A DNA stretch of 32,000 bases from Anaerovoracaceae bacterium (lineage in GTDB: Bacteria > Bacillota > Clostridia > Peptostreptococcales > Anaerovoracaceae): positions 1,300,104 through 1,332,103 of the forward strand of contig OY781100.1 in the NCBI GenBank assembly GCA_963676445.1. Direction: 5' to 3'. The translations under genes and the position numbers were made by a program. Under the pieces are notes generated by a model that made no database searches, was not told where the DNA came from, and was given only the letters and a program-made list of their open reading frames with translations. Numbering within the stretch: the first letter of the stretch is position 1; every line of letters starts with the position of its first letter. Positions 7,784-16,578 of the stretch are shown here, piece after piece.

Positions 7784-8820
7784 GGTGCCACCACCGTTAA
7801 TTCGATATCTGTTAATACAGGTATTTCATCCCCACTTAATAATATGTCATCCGTTCCAGAGTTCACTGTTAAGCTTCTAAGATCTGCTATAGAGGCACAA
7901 TCCAAAAGAGTGCTTCCGATTCTCATATAACTCACACTATTTTTTACATATGTAATTGATGCCAAATAATCCGCTACTGACTTTGCAGCATCGGTTGCTT
8001 CTGTGTATCCTTCAGCCAACGTGATATCTGCAGCTACCATTATGTTCTTCTGTGTGCCGCCTGTTACAGTAGCTTTACTTCCAATAGGCGCAGCCCCTTT
8101 TCCCAGCCCCGAAACGCCTGGATCTAGATATTCCTGAAATGCTGTTACTAAAGCTGCCTCTGCCGGTAAATACTGCCCATTGGTTATTGCAATTTTAACT
8201 GTATTCCCGCCATTCCAAAGAGGAAATACTTTTGCTGCTCCAATGCCTTTGAATGTGGCTGCCCATTCCAAATATTGAGCCACATTTCCCTCTTGCGAAG
8301 GATTAATTATATAAGCTCTAACGCGATCTCTTAAGGCATCATCCGTTTCTTCATCAGTTCCCGAGATAATAATATCCGCCAACAACGCAGTTACTCCGCT
8401 TACATTATCAATATTTTCAAGAGTACCGCTATAGGCGTTGCCAATCACACCTGGTTGCTCACATTCTGCACTATATACGTTCGTTGATAGGAATTGCTTA
8501 ATGATATAAGTTGTTTCACTCAACCCCCATCTCGTGCCGAGATTAACCGGAGCCGTTGTTTCGATTTTTCTCACTGCTCCAGTTGCGCTTTTTCGAGTTT
8601 TGCCGTAATCTGCAACCTTCTTATCCAGATAGACTCCAACAGCGGTATCCAAATAGAAAAGATCAGCATAATTGTTAAGATTAAAATATGTTTCTGCTAA
8701 TTTATATGCGCAGGGGGCAATGGCATCATAGATAATGCTGCCTTCCCGCTTATCGATATCGGAGTTCACCCTGCTTAGCATATCAGACAGGATGTTTTCA
8801 TAGGTCATTTCCTCAAACAT
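7780..8820 (-). CDS. Baseplate J-like protein (XkdT-like), second copy in module B
   Basis: 346 aa. Roughly 60% identical by eye over the first ~210 aa to the protein of 10951..11970 (MF..TYE..LSDMLSRV.SD.DKREGS.IYDA.APCAY.LA.TY.NLN...). RBS GGGGG before ATG 8820. Confidence 0.85.
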   Translation of the reverse strand: MFEEMTYENILSDMLSRVNSDIDKREGSIIYDAIAPCAYKLAETYFNLNNYADLFYLDTAVGVYLDKKVADYGKTRKSATGAVRKIETTAPVNLGTRWGLSETTYIIKQFLSTNVYSAECEQPGVIGNAYSGTLENIDNVSGVTALLADIIISGTDEETDDALRDRVRAYIINPSQEGNVAQYLEWAATFKGIGAAKVFPLWNGGNTVKIAITNGQYLPAEAALVTAFQEYLDPGVSGLGKGAAPIGSKATVTGGTQKNIMVAADITLAEGYTEATDAAKSVADYLASITYVKNSVSYMRIGSTLLDCASIADLRSLTVNSGTDDILLSGDEIPVLTDIELTVVAP

Positions 8821-8901
8821 AGTGATTACCCCCTTTTTGTATTAGGTATTCTTCTAATCAGCGGTTGTTTGGTTTATACTAACTTGTCGGCTTAGTCAAC
8901 A

Positions 8902-9327
8902 CTAAGCTGATTCTAACTCATTGATTTCTGTTCTCCATGCTTGTCGTTGTGTAATAACGTCAGCATATTCTTCTACTGTTGCCGACCCTTCAGCAATCTT
9001 TATAACTGCATAATCTGTTTCGGCAAGTTTCTGTTTTAATTCTTCAATACGAGAAGCATTTTCAATAACGGTTAATTCAGATCCCTTTTCTTCATCTGTT
9101 CTTTCTGTCTTTACTCCATCCACAAGCTTGTAGTTATAACATCCATTTTCATCTATCAAACCTTTTTCAAGATAGTTCCCTTGTGGATGAGTATATTTGG
9201 GGTCTTCTACACCTTCATCAATCTGCATCCAGCCTGTTAAGTCTTTCGGTGGATACATACCGCCTTCTATTGCAATAATTCTGCTCGCTGTATCCGTCTT
9301 TACATATACAATGTAATTGTCTTCCAT
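8902..9327 (-). CDS. Small tail-fibre-associated protein (assembly/chaperone-like), cassette 1
   Basis: 141 aa with RBS AAGGAGG, 12 nt after the fibre stop. Acidic, with a C-terminal coiled segment (RIEELKQKLAETDYAVIK..). Positioned like XkdW-type genes. Confidence 0.55.
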   Translation of the reverse strand: MEDNYIVYVKTDTASRIIAIEGGMYPPKDLTGWMQIDEGVEDPKYTHPQGNYLEKGLIDENGCYNYKLVDGVKTERTDEEKGSELTVIENASRIEELKQKLAETDYAVIKIAEGSATVEEYADVITQRQAWRTEINELESA

Positions 9328-9339
9328 ACCATTTCCTCC

Positions 9340-10398
9340 TTACAGTTCCGCTGATACAGCAAATACATTAATATTATCGTTACAGGCATAAGGTCTATAT
9401 TGAGTTACACCAGTAACAGTGAAAACAGCATTAAGTCCCGATGGTGTAACACTTACCCATGTTGTTGCCATAGAAGGTATATTGCCAAGTGAAAAATGTG
9501 GGTATTGGAGGACGCTAACAGTAGGTGTAGTTCTCATCTTAACTGGAAATCCAAATGATACCCAAATTCCTGTAGCGCTTTCAGCGAATCCAACACCAAT
9601 CTGCTTTACATCTATGATTTGATAATACCTCTGGCACAACGCCAACTGCTCACCGTAATCTACTGGAGGATCGTTGGCAAGGGTAGATACGGAGCCAAGT
9701 TCGAGTTTCCAGCGGTATATATCAATGTCAATGGAACTTTCCAGTGTATTCCCGCACAGTATTTCAACTCCGAAATTCGTGACATCAACAGCCGGAGTGA
9801 AAGTATACGTCACATACGATTCAATTCCAGGAGTAACTGCTGAAATTAAACCGCGACCGTTGCTACCACTAATGGAACTGTACATTGAATCACATGGTCT
9901 GAGTACTAGGGTTCCAGATCCCGCATTCATCTTGCAATGAAGCGTCAAAGTGTAGGTTTGTCCGGCCCGAAGCATCTTTTCTGTAAACTGTATTATTCTT
10001 TTATAGTTTGCTATTGTATTTGATGTAAAATTAATGAAACCATCAAATACTGTTACAGTGCCCAGCATTATTTTCCAGCGATCAATAGCCTGAGCCCATG
10101 TGACTGTTGAAATATAACTGTCCTGCATTTTCTGATTCACTAATGCGTTTACAAAATCCCAATTATGCAAGAGGTTTCCGTTTGGAGATGCTGTTTTGTC
10201 AAGCTTAGTGCTGACTAAGTCCTCAAGCGCACTATCCCCCGCTGCCCTGGCAGCAGCCTCTGACGTGATGGCATCTGCATTCGCCTTTAGTGCAGAATCA
10301 ATCAATTCATTGTCATTATTAAAGTCTTCTCGTTTTATGTAGTCGTTCCCAAGCCATTGGTTCAGCTCATAATTTATTGTTTTATTTGTGCTTGCCAT
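9340..10398 (-). CDS. Tail fibre / receptor-binding protein (cassette 1)
   Basis: 352 aa. Has the fibre-type N-terminus (INYELNQW...D.N.N...ID) followed by alanine-rich coiled coil. Also contains ..DRW.. and WKLELGSVSTL....Y..QLALCQRYY, a motif I recall as widespread in phage tail-fibre proteins. Confidence 0.75.
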   Translation of the reverse strand: MASTNKTINYELNQWLGNDYIKREDFNNDNELIDSALKANADAITSEAAARAAGDSALEDLVSTKLDKTASPNGNLLHNWDFVNALVNQKMQDSYISTVTWAQAIDRWKIMLGTVTVFDGFINFTSNTIANYKRIIQFTEKMLRAGQTYTLTLHCKMNAGSGTLVLRPCDSMYSSISGSNGRGLISAVTPGIESYVTYTFTPAVDVTNFGVEILCGNTLESSIDIDIYRWKLELGSVSTLANDPPVDYGEQLALCQRYYQIIDVKQIGVGFAESATGIWVSFGFPVKMRTTPTVSVLQYPHFSLGNIPSMATTWVSVTPSGLNAVFTVTGVTQYRPYACNDNINVFAVSAEL

Positions 10399-10949
10399 TA
10401 CGATACCTCCTTGTAAACTTCAAACTCATCCCATGTCAGGTTCATCGCATCCCATTGGCCGCAAGTTTTACCGTAACCTTCAAATTGATTCCAGGTAATC
10501 CAGGTGTATTCAAAGGTATATGTTAAATGCGCGGGTTTGATTTGCTCAATTGTTGAAATAAGATCACTCATGTTTTCCGGAATACCCAACATGCCAACGA
10601 ACTTGATGTTAAAACTATGATTAGGCGGCTCTTCCGTTACTTCAACTTTGCCTTTGGAATAGGCGGCGGCAGTCTCAACGATCATTTGTTTTGTCACCGT
10701 CCCGATCCCGATCGCCTTAGCCTTGATTCGCTCTCTTCTGAATGTGTCACTCTTAGATGTGATCACCGCAAGCCCGAATATTTTCTCATACCTGCTTAAT
10801 AAACTCGACGAAGTAGATGCAAAGCATTCGTTCATCATTTTGCCAAAATCATCATACAATTCGGTGGCCTCTTCATTTATTATGATCTGCAATTCTTCCA
10901 TTGTGGTATTGCCGTCATAAATTGGCGGCAATAAGTCAAGAAAATCCAT
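10398..10949 (-). CDS. XkdU-like (DUF2313 / P2 gpI-like) baseplate protein
   Basis: 183 aa. N-terminal LLPPIYD and C-terminal IEQIKPAHLTYTFEYTWITW, as in the XkdU/YmfQ family. Immediately follows baseplate J. Confidence 0.7.
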   Translation of the reverse strand: MDFLDLLPPIYDGNTTMEELQIIINEEATELYDDFGKMMNECFASTSSSLLSRYEKIFGLAVITSKSDTFRRERIKAKAIGIGTVTKQMIVETAAAYSKGKVEVTEEPPNHSFNIKFVGMLGIPENMSDLISTIEQIKPAHLTYTFEYTWITWNQFEGYGKTCGQWDAMNLTWDEFEVYKEVS

Positions 10950-10950
10950 G

Positions 10951-11970
10951 TCACTCAGCCTCCGTTAGTGATATCATTCCAACAACCGGGATATCGGTAT
11001 CTTCAATGGTGATATTGGCAGTTCCTCCGTTAATTCGCAGCATATCATAATCTTGAACACCTGCCGTATCCAGCAGTAAGCTTCCAACCCTCGCGTAGCT
11101 GATAGAATAAGTAACAAATACGGTGCTCTTAAGGTATTCTTCAACAGAAGCTATAAATTCCGCTTGTACAGCGTTAAAAGTCTGTGATCCATTCAATAAG
11201 ACATTTGCGGAAACATTGATCGTCAGGCCAGAAGGACTGTCCACCTTGACTTCCGCCCCGATGGGCCTAACTGTTTCAATATAAGGAGCTACCGTGTCAG
11301 GTAAAGTTTCGTCAATTGTCATATCGCTGTCAACCACAAGAACTTTAACGGTTCCTGCTCCTCTCCAAAGAGGGATCACCTTTGCTTTTCCAACTCCGGG
11401 TACATCAAGTGCCCATTCTCTATAATTATCGGCATTACCTGATGTGCTAGGGGCTTGCACCCTCATATAGAATCTCTCTCTCAGCTTGCCGTCTGTTTCC
11501 TTTTCGGTACCGGCCGTTATAATATCTGTTAGAACAGCCGATACTCCGTTTACATTGTCTATATTTTCAAGCGTACCGTTATAGCCGTTCCCTATATCTC
11601 CCGGCTGTTCACAAATCGCTCGGTAGACATTGGAAGAGATCAGTTCTGTAACCTTATAGGTGGTATCACTTAAACCCCATCTGGTTCCGATGCTTACAGC
11701 TCCATTTGTTTCAATTTGCCTTATGGCAAAAGTCGCCGCTTTTCTGGTGATTCCGTAATCAGCCACGACCCGGTCAAGATATTCGCCCACTGCCGTATCA
11801 CCAAATACAAGGTCAAGAAAATGATTGAGATTGTAATAGGTCTGAGCAAGCTCGTATGCGCAGGGAGCTAAAGCATCGTAGATCACACTTCCTTCTCTCT
11901 TGTCCACATCGGATTTAACACGACTGAGCATATCACTTAGCAATCCTTCATAAGTTTTATCCGCAAACAT
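10951..11970 (-). CDS. Baseplate J-like protein (XkdT-like), first copy in module B
   Basis: 339 aa. Size, position after the XkdS-like gene and conserved N-terminal region are typical of the Baseplate_J family. Paralogous to 7780..8820 and, more distantly, to 28076..29122. Confidence 0.85.
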   Translation of the reverse strand: MFADKTYEGLLSDMLSRVKSDVDKREGSVIYDALAPCAYELAQTYYNLNHFLDLVFGDTAVGEYLDRVVADYGITRKAATFAIRQIETNGAVSIGTRWGLSDTTYKVTELISSNVYRAICEQPGDIGNGYNGTLENIDNVNGVSAVLTDIITAGTEKETDGKLRERFYMRVQAPSTSGNADNYREWALDVPGVGKAKVIPLWRGAGTVKVLVVDSDMTIDETLPDTVAPYIETVRPIGAEVKVDSPSGLTINVSANVLLNGSQTFNAVQAEFIASVEEYLKSTVFVTYSISYARVGSLLLDTAGVQDYDMLRINGGTANITIEDTDIPVVGMISLTEAE

Positions 11971-12368
11971 CAGACATTCACCTCTTTTGTTATCGTAATT
12001 TCTCCGTAAATGCTGACAACCTCGAAGGTACAGCGCATCTGATCCCCTGTCACTTCATAATTAAAATTGTCTACACTCTCAATTCGGTCGTCCCGAAGCA
12101 AGCACTCCTGAATTCTTCTTTTCAATTCGACTTTTACATAAGCAGCGTCCTTACCGATCAGGCTGTCCAGCTCGATCCCATAAGAGAAGCTATAAATCTG
12201 ATATTCGTACTTTTCCGTATTAAGCACCTTATATATCGCCTGCTTTAATGCGTCCAGTCCGTCCACATAGCCCTGAATATTCGCCTCTTCCAGTTTATAG
12301 GTCCTGCTTGTACCGATGGTTTCATGAATCGTTATATCCTCTGGGATTAATGCCGCAGGTGTTGTCAT
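11970..12368 (-). CDS. XkdS-like (DUF2634, gp25/W-like) baseplate protein
   Basis: 132 aa. Sits between the XkdR-like and baseplate-J genes with overlapping stops/starts. Size and order match PBSX xkdS. Confidence 0.6.
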   Translation of the reverse strand: MTTPAALIPEDITIHETIGTSRTYKLEEANIQGYVDGLDALKQAIYKVLNTEKYEYQIYSFSYGIELDSLIGKDAAYVKVELKRRIQECLLRDDRIESVDNFNYEVTGDQMRCTFEVVSIYGEITITKEVNV

Positions 12369-12598
12369 TGGTTAATCACCTCCAGAATGTAGAATTGCTG
12401 CCCTCCATGATTTCGCAGCAATCTCACTTTTTGTCCATTGATTAGCGATGATTTCAGGTTTCCGATCACCAGTTCATCCGGCAAAACCAATTTGTCATTT
12501 ATTTTAATGCCGCCGCTTGTTACCGTGCCCGTCATTAAACAACAAAGCGCCGCCGTATTCAGGTAATTCTGTACGACGGTTTTAATTTCATTTATCAT
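12365..12598 (-). CDS. XkdR-like (DUF2577) small baseplate/spike-associated protein
   Basis: 77 aa with ATGA overlaps on both sides. Size and order match PBSX xkdR. Confidence 0.55.
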   Translation of the reverse strand: MINEIKTVVQNYLNTAALCCLMTGTVTSGGIKINDKLVLPDELVIGNLKSSLINGQKVRLLRNHGGQQFYILEVINQ

Positions 12599-13533
12599 AT
12601 TGAAACCTCCATACTCATGGTATGTACCGGCAGAAAATTATGCGTCACTGATTTTACGATTAAATCCCGACCTAGCTTGATATCATTAATCCGTGCGTAA
12701 AAACTTGTTCCCGCTCGAACGCTTGTATCGCCAAGGCAGTCAAGGCTCAGACTCTCAACCTCATGATTATACAATTCCAAAAGTTGATCCGCTAAGTCTT
12801 TTACCTTTGCAGAATTAGCATTATTATCCAGTTTCATATAGTTTTGCATTAAGCCATATCGAGAGATGGAATTACTATCCCTTACAATATAGGTATCATC
12901 TTTTCCACTGGTATCATTTCTGCTCACAAGCTTGATCTGATTATAGAATTTATCATCAATTGATTGTTCATAGCTGAACCCATATACCATACTTTCATCG
13001 CCCAGGACCAGACTCAACCTTAAATTTTTGAGGGTTCTAAGTGCTATCTTTCCGAATTCATCGCGCAATACATATTTTTCACTCAGATGATCCCAAGTCT
13101 CGTTGATTCCGGAATATATAATATCAAGCCAAGTCTTATCGTATTGCAAACTGGTAGTCAGTATGTAGCCGGAATCGTCAAGAACTCCGACTTTCAATCC
13201 CAATGTAGCACACATTTTTTTTACCAAAGTCGTTACCGTATTTTCTTTAACGAGAATCGTATCCTTGGTTTTACAATATCTTAATTGATCGTAGGCAGTC
13301 ACGTTGATTTCTTTCCCTTTTCCTCTTCCATGTTTGAATACAAAGCCATAAAAGATTTTTGTGCCTTCGAACTCAAAACTGACAGCACTGCCGTTTGTTA
13401 TAATAAGATCATCATTTACATAAGTAAATTCCAATTTGCTGCAGCCACCATTTAAACTATCTCTATAGGATACTTTTGTCACCAGCTCACTTATTTCATA
13501 ATACGTACCATCAACAATTACTAAAAATTTCAT
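12595..13533 (-). CDS. XkdQ-like baseplate hub protein (gpD-like)
   Basis: 312 aa. Follows the LysM protein, with RBS GGTGAAGGA. Size and order match xkdQ/yqbQ-type hub proteins. Confidence 0.7.
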   Translation of the reverse strand: MKFLVIVDGTYYEISELVTKVSYRDSLNGGCSKLEFTYVNDDLIITNGSAVSFEFEGTKIFYGFVFKHGRGKGKEINVTAYDQLRYCKTKDTILVKENTVTTLVKKMCATLGLKVGVLDDSGYILTTSLQYDKTWLDIIYSGINETWDHLSEKYVLRDEFGKIALRTLKNLRLSLVLGDESMVYGFSYEQSIDDKFYNQIKLVSRNDTSGKDDTYIVRDSNSISRYGLMQNYMKLDNNANSAKVKDLADQLLELYNHEVESLSLDCLGDTSVRAGTSFYARINDIKLGRDLIVKSVTHNFLPVHTMSMEVSI

Positions 13534-13544
13534 TCCTTCACCGC

Positions 13545-14213
13545 CTACTCAGGTATGGTCAAAACCTGACCAGGGTAAATCAGAGAAGGATTCTTGATTT
13601 TATCCTTATTTGCGTTGTATATTTTAGTATATTTAGATCCATTACCGTATTGTACCTTCGCAATCGCCCATAACGTATCCCCGCTCACAACCGTGTATGT
13701 TCCAGAGTTCTTGGGATTAGTCTCTTCAGTAGCAGCGTTAACTTCCGGAACAATATGCAGTACAGAATCCACTAAAGTCAGCTGCTGCTTTTTTCCGTAA
13801 GGCTTATATTCAAGCAGGGAAAGCGATACGTATTTATCACCCTCTTCTCCAGCCCGTTCCGTTATATCCAAGTCCTTAATCAGCACCAACGTATTAATGT
13901 CATCACCAATACCATTTGTAGCAATAAAACGGACCGGGGTAAGCTTCTTGCGCCATCTTTCGAATTTTTTCAAATAATAGTCTGCATCTTTAAATTGATT
14001 GGGCGTTTCCACATAGCGATAGGGTTTTTTAGGAAGTTCACAGTCGAATGAATACTCTTTTAATTCCATTCTAGTCGGAACTGCAATCTGATCCAGACCC
14101 AGCACTTCATATTTCTCCACCGAAAGAGAACTTTTCACTTTTATTTCATCCGGGTTAACAGGCAGCCGGTAGGTTCTGTTTTTATAATCGAAGAAGATCG
14201 CATAATTACTCAT
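13545..14213 (-). CDS. LysM-domain tail protein (XkdP-like)
   Basis: 222 aa from ATG 14213 (RBS GGAGAGGGGG). The ORF-track start at 14240 would overlap the tape-measure end. C-terminal LysM: YTVVSGDTLWAIAKVQYGNGSKYTKIYNANKDKIKNPSLIYPGQVLTIP. Confidence 0.85.
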   Translation of the reverse strand: MSNYAIFFDYKNRTYRLPVNPDEIKVKSSLSVEKYEVLGLDQIAVPTRMELKEYSFDCELPKKPYRYVETPNQFKDADYYLKKFERWRKKLTPVRFIATNGIGDDINTLVLIKDLDITERAGEEGDKYVSLSLLEYKPYGKKQQLTLVDSVLHIVPEVNAATEETNPKNSGTYTVVSGDTLWAIAKVQYGNGSKYTKIYNANKDKIKNPSLIYPGQVLTIPE

Positions 14214-14214
14214 C

Positions 14215-15936
14215 CTAAACCCCCTCTCCGGCAGTAGCAATCTGCTCCCTCAGAATTCTTTGAATTCGGCCTGCCACCTTATCCGCATCTGCCTCCTGAT
14301 GAATATCTCCAAATGACACTTGAATATTTGGCGCCACAGTAGCGGTGCTGAATTTATTGATGTAATCCCGTTCAGCAATATCACGCAGATACTGGATATC
14401 TTCTTCCGCCATGTCGACTGCAAGGTTTCCGTTCGCACCTGTCCCTTGAACTGAAATAGGATTATTGGGAGTGCCAAGGTCGTCTTTACTTGGAATTCCA
14501 GTAAAAGCAGTAGCATCAAACCCCTCAGTCATTCCGCCTAATTTATTATTCATGTTGGTATAATTATCGCTTCCCTTTTGAGCTCCTTTTTTATAAGCAT
14601 CAGAATAGCTTTTCAGTTCTTTGTATTCTTTCCCTTCTGTCTTGCCCTGATAGTAATCCAGGATTTTAATATCACTTCCAGTTATTTTATTTATTACGGA
14701 GACGACTTTATTAATGCCGTCAATAATGCCATTAAACAATCCGCTGATAAACTTATCAATCCACACTCCGATATTTGATATTGCCACAGGAATGTTTTCG
14801 AGCCAGGTGGTAAAGACACCGATCGCACCACCAACAAAACTAAAAATATCTTGTAATGAAACTCCAAGCTTCCCTAAGAGATTAATAACTATTACAATAA
14901 CTGCAACGATACAAATGATCGTCCAATTTGCTACGATAAAAGCAGCGGCAGCAGTCCATGCAGCAGTAGCGACAACCCATAAATTTGCAATCATTGCTGC
15001 AAGCAACACCCCGCCTATCGTTTCGAGAATAGGCGCTATATAGTCTAAGATGCCGACTATCCAATTCAATACATTGCCGACTGTATAAATTCCAGTTATA
15101 ATCACCGCCAGAAATTTTTGAAAGCCACCCGAATTAATAATCTTACTTACTCCTTCAATTACACCACCGAATGCTTGAAGTGCTGCATTCTTAATACGCT
15201 GCCAAATATCGTTAAAGGTCATAGGCATATTGAAAAATGCATCATTAATATTTGCTGATGCTGCAAACATCGATTTTTTGAGAATATCAGCTGTAAGCGT
15301 TCCTTGTTCTGCCATCTTTCTTAGACCATCTGCAGATTTGCCTGTAAAATCTTCCATGGCTTTCAACATCATTGGCGCAGTTGATGTAATCGTATCAAAG
15401 TCTCCTTCTTGAATCGTTCCCGATCCCATAGCCCCGATCACTTGATCCATTCCAGCCGACTGGGTTTTCGCATCTGTGCCACCCAGTTTCAAAGATTTTT
15501 GAGTTAATTCAGTAAAGGACAAAATTTCATTATTTGATCCAAAGGTATCCCCCGCAGCGGATGCAAGATCAGCAAAAGTATTGACCATATCGGAATAAGA
15601 GCTTCTGGATCTATTGGCAGCAGCAAATACATTATTCTGAAGCTCTGCCTGTGTCCCTAGTTCATTATTGACTGCCTTTAATCTCGTCTGTAAACGCACA
15701 TAATTATCAGCTATCTCCATTCCTCGTTTGACCTTTTCCATATCAAAAAATTTACCAAACCCGCCGAATGCCGATTTTGCTTGTTCTGCTGTGCTATTCA
15801 GTTTTCGATTAAATGTATCTACTTCGCCGTATGCTTTTTTAACCGTTGCCGCTGCTTTATCGGCAAATTTCGATACCGCTTCAAATGAACCGGAAGAGTT
15901 CCCCAGCAGCGTCAATGAAGCTGTCAATGTACTCAT
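14215..15936 (-). CDS. Tail tape-measure protein (XkdO-like), module B
   Basis: 574 aa from ATG 15936 (RBS GGGAGGAAAAGGTG). The track start GTG 16050 is an upstream extension in the same frame. It has helical N-terminal regions, a hydrophobic core of about 90 aa (FLAVIITGIY...INLLGKLGV), and lies between the chaperone and LysM genes. Confidence 0.85.
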   Translation of the reverse strand: MSTLTASLTLLGNSSGSFEAVSKFADKAAATVKKAYGEVDTFNRKLNSTAEQAKSAFGGFGKFFDMEKVKRGMEIADNYVRLQTRLKAVNNELGTQAELQNNVFAAANRSRSSYSDMVNTFADLASAAGDTFGSNNEILSFTELTQKSLKLGGTDAKTQSAGMDQVIGAMGSGTIQEGDFDTITSTAPMMLKAMEDFTGKSADGLRKMAEQGTLTADILKKSMFAASANINDAFFNMPMTFNDIWQRIKNAALQAFGGVIEGVSKIINSGGFQKFLAVIITGIYTVGNVLNWIVGILDYIAPILETIGGVLLAAMIANLWVVATAAWTAAAAFIVANWTIICIVAVIVIVINLLGKLGVSLQDIFSFVGGAIGVFTTWLENIPVAISNIGVWIDKFISGLFNGIIDGINKVVSVINKITGSDIKILDYYQGKTEGKEYKELKSYSDAYKKGAQKGSDNYTNMNNKLGGMTEGFDATAFTGIPSKDDLGTPNNPISVQGTGANGNLAVDMAEEDIQYLRDIAERDYINKFSTATVAPNIQVSFGDIHQEADADKVAGRIQRILREQIATAGEGV

Positions 15937-16133
15937 CACCTTTTCCTCCCTTTCTTCGGTATATTTTTCGGAGCATGCTTCTTTTCTTCCTCTACGCGTA
16001 TTATGATACTCCCGTAAATAAACGCTTTTTCCTCGTGGCTCATGGAGCACAGTTGAGAAGGAAGGATATGCAATTTTTGAAGGGCAAAGTGCGCAAGATT
16101 GAAATCCGCATCACCCTGCCTTATTCGTTTTTT
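15936..16133 (-). other. -1 frame extension of the tail assembly chaperone (predicted frameshift product, G/GT-type)
   Basis: My own translation: after a slip on A_AAA_AAC, the -1 frame is open for 63 codons (RIRQGDADFNLAHF...KNIPKKGRKR). It stops at TGA 15938..15936, overlapping the tape-measure ATG. Confidence 0.65.
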
Positions 16134-16525
16134 ACTTCATCAATGTCCTTGTTAATGTCCTTGTCAAGCCCGCTCAGCTCCTGAACCGCCTGCGCAAGAT
16201 TTGCAAACTCGCCGATCAGCAGCATGTTCTTGAGGGTCTCCGATTCCCCCAGACCATACTTATCCTGAAGCTTTGCATCGGAAAGGTCAGGCTCGACAAC
16301 GGCGCAAGCGGTCAATGCCTGGACATACTCCGTTCGATTAAAAGTCTCCACGCCCTTTTTGTCGGTCTTTGTAAATTTCTTGATCAGCTGTTCATTCTCT
16401 TTCTGAGTAATGGGCTTTATGATAAACGGAACCGGATTACCGCCTTCGCCTATAAAACGTTCCGAAACAATAACCTCTCTGTTTCCTAGTTGTACCGGAT
16501 TTAAAAATGCTTTTAATGAACTCAT
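16121..16525 (-). CDS. Tail assembly chaperone (XkdN-like), zero-frame product
   Basis: 134 aa between the tube and tape-measure genes. The sequence (MSSLKAFLNP....V.VSERF...G.P.PF.IK.IT..E...L) fits my recollection of the XkdN family. A slippery site lies at its 3' end. Confidence 0.7.
   Translation of the reverse strand: MSSLKAFLNPVQLGNREVIVSERFIGEGGNPVPFIIKPITQKENEQLIKKFTKTDKKGVETFNRTEYVQALTACAVVEPDLSDAKLQDKYGLGESETLKNMLLIGEFANLAQAVQELSGLDKDINKDIDEVKNE
16127..16133 (-). promoter_or_regulatory. Canonical -1 programmed ribosomal frameshift heptamer A_AAA_AAC
   Basis: The plus-strand gtttttt at 16127..16133 reads AAAAAAC on the minus strand. In the chaperone frame it reads GTA AAA AAC GAA TAA, which places the X_XXY_YYZ site one codon before the stop. 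Confidence 0.7.
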
Positions 16526-16578
16526 TCTCGTATACCTCCTGAGTTATGAATGAAAGAAAGGAGCACAAGGCTCCTTTC

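Noticed and set aside
15937-16050. N-terminal extensions offered by the ORF track (tape measure from GTG 16050; also 14240, 20262, 21747, 21956, 22855, 28122, 29555, 30822)
   Set aside because: In each case a downstream start has a clear Shine-Dalgarno and/or forms an ATGA/TAATG junction with the preceding stop. The extension would overlap the upstream gene, or the frameshift extension, without any RBS.
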